NCBI GenBank assembly: GCA_040437565.1
Contig: JBDOQK010000001.1
Coordinates: 682,001 to 746,000 of the forward strand
Direction: 5' to 3'
Origin: Albugo candida
Taxonomy: Eukaryota
DNA: 64,000 nucleotides
Numbering within the stretch: the stretch's first letter is position 1; the number at the start of each line of letters is the position of its first letter. Below, in pieces: positions 49,531-60,912 of the stretch. Below the pieces are notes generated by a model. That model ran no database searches. It had not been told where the DNA came from and saw nothing but the letters and a program-made list of their open reading frames with translations. Both the position numbers and the translations under genes were made by a program.

Positions 49531-52500
49531 TACATAGCAATGGTGAGATGAGCTCAGAAAAAAAGCAGTAAAAGTTGCGAATGATGTTTGTAAGCCAATC
49601 AGCATCGATTGGAACCGCAAAAGCCAAGTGTGCATTCAGGGATGTATTCACGCATGTCGATAGGTTAGATGGGTAATTATGACATAGAAAGCAAGGCATA
49701 CATTTTTATCATTTTTGTATTTTTGGCGAAGCAGTTGACAGTTGCAAAGTGAAGCTCGATTAATTGAGGACAAACACTGTAAAGTACAAAACATGCATAA
49801 GATGAAACTATATCCGTCATTATTTCCAGGAGAATGCGAGCTGCCTTTTGCTGACAATGATTGCGCATTTCAAGTGTTATAATGGACTCGATAGCATAAT
49901 CGTTTCTATTACTTCCACCGAAAGAAATTTTCTAATCACCACCTATTGTTTTCCTGACTCTTGTTCAGTCTTCTGTTGCTTTTTATTCCCAAGGTTGGAT
50001 GCTGTTGAACGATGTTCAAATATGCTTTTCAACCCACTTTCCACCTCGTCGCGATTGGAGAGACTTTGGTTGTGTACATAGGAGCAACATCATCCTACTG
50101 AAAATGTATATATGATCAAGTCATACGGTTGGCACGTTGCTTCAACGATAGGCCCTAAAATAATATGATGCGCACCACCTTGCTCCAATGCATACGACTC
50201 GCCGTATATATTTCACACATCAAGCTATCCTTATTCGTAATGAATTGCAAATCAAGGTCGCAAGTGTAATTATTCGTTATCGATTTCGGATGATTAGAGG
50301 AACAGCTATATTCGGAGCATTGCGAGAATTGCTGGTTTTATTTCATTGATTTTTGAAATTCATATATGATATATAAAAAAAGAAGGCAGCCAAGCTAGAT
50401 CGCATCTCGTAATACGTACACATTACTGTGTATTTTCTACAGAAACGGGTCAAGTCCTGTACTTAACGACAATTTGGACAAGCAACTTTATTTGCAAAGT
50501 GTTTCTGATTTATCATATGACTATTGATCATTACAAAACAACAAGCTTGAACACTTTGTCTTCCGGTATTCCTTAACTGAATCGCTTTTATTAAAGTTGT
50601 GAGTCCTTAACGGCGAATGCGATAAACCGATGTTCAGTATATGTGTCGAGTTACATGTAGAAAAATTATTTCGGGAGTGATGAAAGCATTCATATTTGCT
50701 ACTAGAAGGCTTCTTCCACTTCAAAAGACAGGTTAATTTGCAAAGTCAGTAAAGTGAAAAGCTAATACGGTATATAATGAATCTACTTGAAGAAGCATTC
50801 ATTTCAACTGCTTCGCTAGCTATCAAACCAATTTCTGTGGACATGCATTATTCTGTGAACAGGAAACTATTTCAAAACGTGGAAATTCGAAATCATTTTC
50901 TCTGGATAGTTATTGTGAAGTTTTTGGAGCTGAGTCAATGCAACTCTGCACAGATTGTAAGATTTTTCCAGCCGGGTCCAACCAGAGTTTGCGATATATC
51001 TTCGATACGCCCTATGGTAAATTCGGTGTTTTGAGGGTTGTGATAACAAAACCGGACAACTCTGAGAGATAATTCAAGTCTTCACTTTCTCATTGATACT
51101 ATGCATGGGTCTCCATTATTGTACTTTTATATCGCAATGGCACTAATTTACATTCAATACGGCGTTATCATTCTTACTGTCTTATTCTTTCTATACATCA
51201 GGACGAATGACTTCAGAGCGAATATTCATTTGAAAGTACACGCACGTGCTTTCTCTTTAATTCGAGTAGCGCTTCGAATTCAATTTAATTCAACTTGATT
51301 TCTACTTTTCAATTCATCAGTATAGTTTTCGATCCAGCTCTATGATATCAATGAGCGTCGTCGTTTAAAAGTTCTCAACTCGAGATAGCCATACATCCAT
51401 TAAGGGAACAATTTTCTTCCGTTCATCACTAGTGTACTGTACAATCGCTTCCCCCGATGATAGTTGATCTATTGCTGTATAAATGATACGTTAGTGTCCC
51501 AGGTGACAATCAAAAGATGTGAAATCATAAAGCAGTGTTCATTGATTGTTCAGTCATCATGACGAAAATCATCAACTTCTCAGCGGTCTTGTCCATCTCT
51601 ATATTTTATTTCTTTATTTCAAATCTACCATATGTTCGCCAAGATGAAACATGCTGTAGATAAATCAGACCACCGACTCAAAACGTGTTGGTGTTGATAT
51701 TGTCGAATAGTTTTGCGTCGAATATGAATTTCTGATTTGTGAAGTCAAATTCACCGCGAAAACCTTTTTTAATGGTACTGTAAACAGTTGCCGATGCATT
51801 CCCATTTTCAGTGCAAGAGTGGACATCATGCGTATCGTACCGCACAACATTGTTTTGTGATACTTGACAAGTTTAAGCACAGCTATATATCAAGATGAGC
51901 ACCCTCGTCGATGTCGAAAAATGTTGGAATCCTCTTTTCTACCTTTCTCTGCGGTAATCGATCTGATAGTCGGGTTCTTGCGAGACCGAGGGTACTGCTC
52001 GTTATGCTGATATAAAGTATTAAACTCTGTTGCCTCCGTTTTTCATCATGATTTGTTGATCTTTGGGTAAACAAGGAAATCCTTACGGTCGTCCCAAAGA
52101 ATCATACAGTATCCATCATCTTGATGGCACGGTCACTCTGACTGAGCTGAAAAGTCGCTATCCAATGAATTCATGTTGACAGAAATTAGATCTTAAATGA
52201 TAAGTAAAGTCAATCTGCCTTGTTTCCTCTGAAGATCATCAAGTACATCACAATATCTTGTTGCCCATAGGTCATCAATGTTCTCAATGTACTGAGAGGC
52301 GGCGTGCATCAGCCAATGCTGTTTTGTCATTGGAAAAAAGACCTCTCAACGCCATCTTCTATATCCTTAACACTTTATCGACATGCGTTACGTATTTTGC
52401 TTTTAGGTGCCGTTTTTATCCTAGCTCTGATCTTGTGCCTCAAATGCTGCTGATTGATGACAATACCGGGTCTAATATTAAGCTGCCTAATTGTCTTTTA

Positions 52501-55500
52501 TGGTGTAAAAGCACAATGTGAGACTTGATTGCCGCTGTTGACTTCAGATTTGCTGCATGGTGCATTCTCAATGTCATTTACATCTTTCAAAGTGTGATCA
52601 GCACTCTTTTTCCGTTCCTATAACCTTGAATGATGTTGTAGCAGAAATCTTTTCTTTGAGCTTTCGGTAAGACTCAATGCTTCGAGAAACGAGTGAACGC
52701 TCGTACAAATGACTATAGAATATCCGTTTGATAGCCACGATGGTTTGTTTGCTGTGTAAATAAAGTGATTGTGCAGCAGTAAATAAAGAACATAAAAGTC
52801 GAACAACGCCTTCAACAATGCTTTCTTTAATGCTTGGAAAGCATTCCATCTAGCGTTTTGTCCCGTACTCTATATATATGAAGCAACAATGGTAATATCA
52901 GATATCATACGATTGGGTGAAAGATGATTGAAACCATTCTTTTCAGTGTTGATTATTTCCAATCATGTACTCAGTTCCAATTTTCTTGTTATGTACGGAT
53001 ACTGATCAGTGAGGTGAGTCGTGTAAGCCACAGCTCATCTAATTAAGAATTACCGTACCCAAGAGATGACGAGACGGCTTGTTACGGAGCAGGGGTTCAT
53101 CATGCAAATCAATTTTTTACAGGATCAGTTACACAAGTTCTTGTGATGTATCTCCATCGTCGGAAGTATCAGAAATTGGTCGTTATAAATGTCGGAAGGA
53201 TCGTCCTGGTACTTACTCAAACACGTATCTCAAAGATATTAGTTGCTACTTTACTTGAAGACGGTTTAAGTTTCAACAACAGAAGACACTTATATTTCGT
53301 GGTTGTATGAATCTTATAAAGTCTCACAATCCATTCAACACATTCGACATTCAGGTCCAAAGCGCGATATTCTTACACGAGCAAATAGCATCAGTACTCT
53401 CAATGATCTCCTTATCTCTTCTACTTCAACGCAAAAGAGTGAATACTGTTATCGCATTCGGGGGACACCTCCCGAAGGGCCAAATAAGACTTACATTTTC
53501 GTGGAAGAATTTATCAATCCCAAGTTTTCTAATAGTTTGATTCGAGTTCTCTTTGCTATTATCAGCTGTGGACTATTCTCTACTTGATCTCATTTGCACC
53601 GTCCCTCTAGATTGAGAAGTACTTCTTTTGAAGAGTTCAACTGCAAAGATGCAAGTAAATATTTTATGCTCTTGTGTAACTGATGTGAGATCTGTCAGCA
53701 ACAGGAAAATGTGAACTACTCCAACTAATGCGTGTTACCATATCTCCGTACTTCGTAATACCTACAAAGAATCAATGTAATAAGAATTTTGATCTGTGGC
53801 ATGGAGGTCTCGAGAAAGTAGACCCATGCACTCAAATCGTGCCACGCAATACGCCTCAGTCAGTATTCGTTTGGAGGCATATACCGAGATAGCGGAGAAA
53901 AGGGTAAGAAGTCAAATGTTGAAATATTACTAAATTTCTCTCTGAAAGAAAATATTATACGATTGCCGTGTGAATGATATGGCTTAACGAATGCGGAAAA
54001 AATAATTGCAGCGCCATTTTCAAATCCAGAGATACATTAATCAACCCGCCGCCAGGTCTTCTTCCAAGTTTCTTTTCATAATGTACGTTTCACCTATAAT
54101 CAAAGATAATGTCTTTCGGATTGAGGTTGTCATGATTTACTTATCGTTTCATAGGCACCAAGTACACGACAGAGCACAGAAATTCTGTAAAGTAACGAAA
54201 ATCGCCGTGGATGATATTTTTGCAAAACATAAGCTTAAAGAGCGCCTTAACATGAGAGGACGGTGTCATTTGACATTCACATGGACACAAGTTGAATATG
54301 TTACAAGCGATTTCATTTTCTATACCCTGAATACGATATACATCCTATTCATGTTTTCAAGTGCAAATCTGATCATTGCTGCACCAATAAAAGTTTCTTG
54401 AGGAGGTCCGACGCGATATCTCCACCTACACCGCCGTGGACAGCGATCACATTGTTCACATGCAATTTATATATTGTGTAAATGTTGAGCTGACAGAATA
54501 ATACATTTTTTTCATCAGTAAGTCGACACAAGTGATTGATCGAGCAAAGCGAGGGCTTACGCCGGTGGGAATGATAATATTTGAGCCAGAATTCTAGCAG
54601 GTTGTGATTCTACCTTACTGTATTACAAAGTTCTTGCTTTCTGGTTAAGGCCAGCTGGACCTTCGTGAAATCTCCAAGCGAACCCATAAACGAAATACAA
54701 GGCAACCATATAGTCACGTCGTAATTTAGCGGCAGTCTCGACATCATCTCATAAAATATTCAATCGGTGAACCAATGACTGCTGTCCGAGCGTACACGAT
54801 CCATCCCATTTGCTCCATTCCATCTTACGAATTCGAATTTTGCGATTTCAAGCTTCTTCTCAACAAGATCCCAAAGACAAGGCCAAAATCAGCTGAGAAC
54901 TGTAATACAATGCATCATAGGGTTTCAACTGACGGGTGTCAAGTGGATGTACTCTATTCTCCAAAGCATTCACTTCCAGTAAATCCACGCGCTTTTTATC
55001 CAAAAGCATGTCGAGAGACGAGTTGTCATTTTGCATCTAAAGCAGCTGTTCGCTTTCTTGATGTAACGTGGCAATTGCTAAATGGCTTGCTATTTCACGC
55101 CCTCTTCTGCTATTAGGTGCAGGATGTGTCTCATGAACTTATAAATTCGATCTTTATTGACAACATTCAATGTATCATGCACTCATGTTTGTCTTTAATA
55201 CCCACTTCCAAACGCTTGTCCCAGCAAGTAAAATTGCAAGCGTGATGAGGAAGCAACAATAAAATGCGAACATTCGTAAGAAAGCTGGATTTTGTTTTAT
55301 CTGAATGACGCATCACTGCGGCTTTCAGCGCGATTCTGCTTGCGACAGTACGATCATCAAAGCTTAGCTGATCATTAGTGATGGAGATGTTTTCTTTGCA
55401 TCCTCTTCTCTTTCACAATGTTAACGACATTATTCGCTTCACGTTAGATCGTTTCGACATATGTATTCCCCAAATAAATCTCGAAGCACTCACTCCAGTC

Positions 55501-56809
55501 GCTGGATCGGAGATTCAGTGTCTATAGTTCACAGATAGCTTTCTTCCTCTGACCCGGACATCGTTGTATTCGTGTTTTGATTGCTCGATTTAGTTATTCC
55601 ATGGAATGGCTTTGCTTTTTGTAAGGCATCACCTTGAAGCCAAAGCCTCGAAAGCAATCGACGAGGCACGTGAGGGTATTGCTGTTGATGAGTCGCATGA
55701 AGTGTCGGATCCCACGTTGAATAGGATTTCCTTGAGTTACATGGTTTCTGAACTAAATATGGCAGAATGTTATTAGATACTTGTTTATTGAACCTTGCTT
55801 ATCGAGCTTTATTCGAGTCAAGTATTGTTAGAGCGATACATTGAGTTTCCACGCATTGTATGAAAACGAGTTATTTTATTTTGGTCATCTTTCCCGAAAG
55901 TAAACACCTTCCGATCTATCCTTTTATACTTTATATTTTTATCGCTTACGAATAGGTCACGATCCGTGCGCGATTGCGTACTGCACGTACTTTTACGTCA
56001 TGCCTTTTACAGGCGTCATCCCTGACTTTCAAGTATATTTTACTGCTTACATGTGCGAATAGAAACCTAACTACAGGGCAAGAACGATTTGAATTCTTCT
56101 TGCCGGCAATCATTTACATAATTAGGAAAATGTCAAACTAATGTTAGTGATAATACACTTCAAAGAGGATGATCCTTTTATCAATATTGTATAATAATTT
56201 GGTTCAAGTCGCTCTTTCGCTCTTCCTCTACTCATTGATTCCTAGCACAAAAGTATCTTTTGTGGTTGTCAGGTGGAGAGGCCTTAACGGGCCCAATTAT
56301 GTTGTAGGCAGGTGAGGGCGGAAGTACCGTTTTTACACGAACGTAACAGATACAAAAATGTTGAGTGGCTTTGGTTCCTTGTGTTTAATTACTAGAGACA
56401 GGCTCAATGCACCAACATCTAATTGCAAAAAAGAACTGGTTATACGAAGCCTATTGTGGCTGGAAAGTGTGTAATAATTTTGTGAGTGCGTGCTACTACG
56501 TAACTTTCCATCGTTGGAGCTAATGATGTAATAGCTCTATACGGCGTATGTGTAACGAGCCTCCGCCGCGAGCGCATCGAGAACTGTCGACAGCACCCTT
56601 CAATATTCGAATTATGAATAAGCTTGCTAAGATTCCATTGGATGTCAAGTGCTAGTATTGTTGTGAAGTATGACAACTTATTTAACTCACCACATAATAT
56701 TGATTTCATTTGCTATCTTAACTGTATTCTTATTTAATATATGGAATAAATAAATTCGATGTATCGATGAAAGTCTTTTTTGAACATCGTTTACATGGCA
56801 ATATGTATT

Positions 56810-56882
56810 GACCCTGTAGCTTGTTGGTCAGAGCTATTGGCACTCGTGCCAAAGGTGTGGGTCAAATCCCCACACAGGGTCA
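56810..56882 (+). pseudogene. tRNA-like relic (pseudo-tRNA or tRNA-derived SINE head); identity undetermined
   Basis: Stems are acceptor GACCCTG/CAGGGTC, D-arm GCTT-GTTGGTCA-GAGC, anticodon TTGGC/GCCAA with a 6-nt loop, and T-arm GTGGG-TCAAATC-CCCAC. The loops are non-canonical. Confidence 0.6.
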
Positions 56883-57040
56883 AATTTTACGAACCACTTA
56901 TAACTTTGCAAAATAACAAATGTGGCATTAGAACAAACAGCTCAACACGATCCAGAGGTCGTTTCAGTTAAGTCTCCGAGGTTTTTATTATCATTATTGC
57001 GTTTAATATATGCGCTATCATGCAAAGCAGTGTATATTTA

Positions 57041-57750
57041 AGGGTATTGATATCTCGACAACTTTTCTTTCAAATTACAGCATGCCTAGTTGAATTACTA
57101 CTCTCACAACTTTCTCTCTTTGCAAAATACATACATGATTTTATATTTCTTACAGATTACATCCATACAGACCCTAGATTGTTGCTCCAACAGCTCGAAT
57201 CGAGGATTATTTGTGATTGGCTAATGCACAGAACGTTGCATCTGTGATAGGCTATTACTTCTAACAATTATAACAAGCGATCTTGCGGAATTTCGGTTAG
57301 ATTGATAACAAGCTTTAGCAAAAAATTAGACATTTTTCCTTCACAAAATTATTTCTTAACAGATTTTACTCTCGGCTGTTAGTATATAAAAACTCTTGCA
57401 TCTGACGACGCATTATAACTTAACAAACTGGCAATGAGTCGTCTACTAGTGATGAGTGTTTAGCTCAGTTAAAGGTATCTTTCTCTACTAGATTTAGCCT
57501 TAGACGTAAATGACTTTTATTAGTTAAAAATGTAAACCTATTTATTTCTCAAAAGGTTGTGGGAGTATTAATTCAAGTAGGCATGACGTAATCTAAATTG
57601 CAAATAAATGTAATTTAAAAAAATTTTTTGTCGGGATATCAATACCACTAATTATTACTCCAAAAAAGTTGTGAGAGTAAAAATTTAAGTAGGCATGATG
57701 TAATTCAAAATGAGAAATAGTAATGTATTTAAAAGAGATACCAATACCCT
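57041..57750. mobile_element. AT-rich foldback/MITE-like element with inverted arms and internal tandem subrepeats
   Basis: The reverse complement of 57041-57113 (gttgtgagagtagtaattcaactaggcatg...tgtcgagatatcaataccct) matches ~57555-57648 and again ~57665-57750 (period about 102-112 bp). Confidence 0.6.
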
Positions 57751-58885
57751 ATTTTTATTACAGTAGCACTTCCAAACATGACGCTTATACGTATCGTTAT
57801 TGACAGTAATCATAAAAAATGTTCTCTCAGCATCCTCTCGATCCGATATTGCTTCTCATCAAAACATTCATATTCATATCGTTCCTCAATGCAATTTCTT
57901 TGTCAATTGAAGTTTTTGAACGACCAAAACGCACGAATTTATTCCAACATGTAGCTCCTTTAAATGTGTTTAATTGCGTTTATGTATGCAAACGTATACA
58001 CGGGTTGAATGACAGTGGGTCGTGGGTGAGTCTCAAATCCGTATATTTGACGGTCCAGGTCGACTAATTCGGGAGGCGATCGCTTGATGGAATTATAGCA
58101 TCTTCGATATTAATTCGCGCGCCAATTCACTCTCGGTTTCCTGGCGCCATTATTCTCCAGGATACGATCCGTCAGTCTCATGCAGAAGGCCAGTATGGCT
58201 CACACGCTATATATTCGGAGTTCTTCCCTTTATAAATTGCTCTTGCACAAATAAGCTTGTATAGTTCTCCATCGGCTATCTTGCTATCGATTTCTTGAAC
58301 ATCTTGGTCCTAGTGGCTTTACTCCTCAGTAACATTATCACAAAGCGTCATCGAATGTACGCTGTCGCTTGTTCAATGTGTCATCGAGTCGATACTGTGA
58401 ACTGCTTTTGGATGGAGCGTGTAGATTCGTTTCTTGCTTGTAATTGGTACTCCGGGATCTTGTTCGTGTCGTTTAAGACTGATGAATTAAATGCGATCTG
58501 GTGCTTCTTCGTTGCTCTGCCGTCTGTGATGTGTCAGCGTGACGAGAAAAACCGGAAAATTTCGATTCCAGATGAGACTCAAAGTGTGGTTTACGATTCG
58601 AATAAAAACGAGAAAAATATACGCTCGCTTTGCTGGGGCGGGAACTTTTCTGACGATCAGAAAATCGTGGCGCTGGTTTATTTCACACCATCTCAAACGT
58701 GCCGTTGTCAGCTGAACTAAACGATTGTATCGCCTCGTCGTCTTCGACTCAACTGTCAAGAAGAGCCTCAACGGATTATTCGGGTTATCACAGGCTGATG
58801 CTTGACACATTCGTATCTGGCAATGTGGCTCTTGGTGAAGAGCGTGATTTTGACATAAATATTGCTTGAATTGTATTCAAATTAT

Positions 58886-60808
58886 CACACTCGTCATCTC
58901 AGCGAGAAAGTAAAAGACACGGACGATGGGAGGGCATCCGCTCCGACCGACCCTTCTCACTGCGTGGAATGCAACACACACGTTTCTCAAGTATTTTGCG
59001 AGCAATGTCACGATTACTTCTGTGAGCTTTGTTTCAGCGGGCAACATCGGAAGGGGAATCGTAGACTCCATACAATCCAGCCGTGTATTCCAGCGGTAAG
59101 TGATCATCCAAAATATCTCATATCCCTTACTTTCATATAAATGGTCTAGAATATTGACACACAAGCGTCCAACAAGGTCGAATATGCAGAGTCCACAAAT
59201 CGGGAGGAAATGGATGCTTTGGGCTGTAATGATGACAACGAGGCAGAAAGCTCAGCGAGTGAATTTTCTTCTCACCGATTAAATTCTTCACGGAATATCT
59301 GTAATATGATGGGGTCCTTGCTTTCTTTAGGTCGCCATGCGAATACTTTGTCCTCCGAATCTAAACAAATCAAAAGTTCTTGCGCTCAAAGTGTCTTGGA
59401 ACGGGCAAAGTATATCCCTTTACGTCTTACATACGAAGAGCGAAAAGTGTTGCGCACATTGGAAGCCGCGCTTTCCATAAGCCAATACACAGATCAAATG
59501 GACACACTTCAATGCGTGAAGAACCGAACCTGGCGAATTCGTCTGCAACTTCAGCATATTTTCGGCTTTATGACTGGAATCGTGATGGCTTCAAGTTATC
59601 GAGCTGGTCAATCCCTGCTAGATGAAAAGGATTTCAGAGACAAAGAAAAGTTTTTCCAAAACATACTCGAGCTGGGTCGACGGTACAAAATAATGAATCC
59701 TGAGAGAATGCGTGGAGAGTATGGTAAATTGATGTATTTGTTACAAGACGCAGCTGATCCGGGAATCCAAGAGCTGTTGGGTATTTCATTACATAGAAAA
59801 ATTAAAACTGTGTACGACGTACTCGAAAAAGGGAATGCAGTCCAAGTGTTGACTGATTCCAAAATAGAGATCGCGACCACAGTTGTCTCACCAGAAGGAA
59901 AATCACGATCTCAAATTCAAAAGCTGAGACGAGCCAAAGATGCTGCCGTCAAAGAAATTGTTCACAAATACATTGGCGAAAGTTCGCTAAACGAGGACAC
60001 CATTTATCAATGCCTCTACTCCATCGCAGATAACAATTATCATCTCTATTTCGAGCGCGATCCAATTGACCGAATGATTCAATTGTTACACCAACATTTC
60101 AGCTCGCAGCACAAGCACTCTGAAGAAGATACCATTTCGTTAGCGATCGCGCGCGGCCAAGAAGGAGCTCGACTATCTCATTCTCATCAACGTCAATTCC
60201 ATTATGTTTTGCAATCATTGACACTTTGGCGGGAAATTTCGCACGATATGTTTCGTCTTTGGTACCTTACCGACCAAGACTTGCTTTCAGGTACGAATGA
60301 GAAGTATCAGTTGACTGATACGGGTCAAGGCGTTCATCGGGTACAGCCAGCGCCTCTCGTTTCGAGGGCTATGCACGTGATTCTGCATGAGACGCAGCGT
60401 CGTTTGGGTCTGGAGTCGTGGGTCGGCTCGAGTGTGATCCATTTGGGCGATAAAAATGTCCCAAATGCGCTCATGTTTATCGACAAATACACGCAAATTG
60501 GATACATTCTCCGTCCGATTGTAAAGACAATTGATAAATTACCGGAATTGACTACACAATATCGCAATTTACAGCAATATATTGATACGACGTATGGTGG
60601 AATTGTGCAATTACAAAAACAGATTCTAGCGGATTTCTTCCGAGAGGCGTTCGATGGCAGTGGAGGCGACAATTTCTTTGACGCGGGTTCTTGTATTGAT
60701 GGGAGAATGACAAGTGCGTGGAATTGGTGCTCTAATTTACATCGAAAACCTTTCTTTCCAGTGTTTCAAATCGCTGGATTTGTAGGATTTGACGGTAAAT
60801 TTACTTAA
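58886..60808 (+). CDS. B-box + DUF2009/UPF0652 family protein (start codon lies in the 40682 copy)
   Basis: A B-box exon is followed by intron 59096-59149, then ERAKYIPLRLTYEERKVLR.LEAAL, RRYKIMNPERMRGEYGKLMYLLQD, GARLSHSHQRQFHYVLQSLTLW, WVGSSVIHLGD.NVPNALMFIDKY and FDGSGGDNFFDAGSCIDGRMTSAWNWC. The reconstructed protein is 675 aa. Confidence 0.85.
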
Positions 60809-60912
60809 TAGATTAAGTTTGTGAGCATTTCATGAATACGATCTCATGCTCGACTTGTACTTGATACGGACAAACTTAGTGTTACCACATAATTCTCAGT
60901 GGGAATCTTTTA

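Noticed and set aside
56700..57800. Possible mitochondrial insertion (AT-rich with a tRNA-like element)
   Set aside because: No mitochondrial gene sequence is recognisable, and the inverted/tandem repeat structure explains the region better.
58093..58276. Kinase-like peptides on - (ADGELYKLICAR; SELARELISKML)
   Set aside because: They are in different frames, far closer together than in a real kinase, and lack HRD/DFG between them. They could be chance or a heavily deleted relic.
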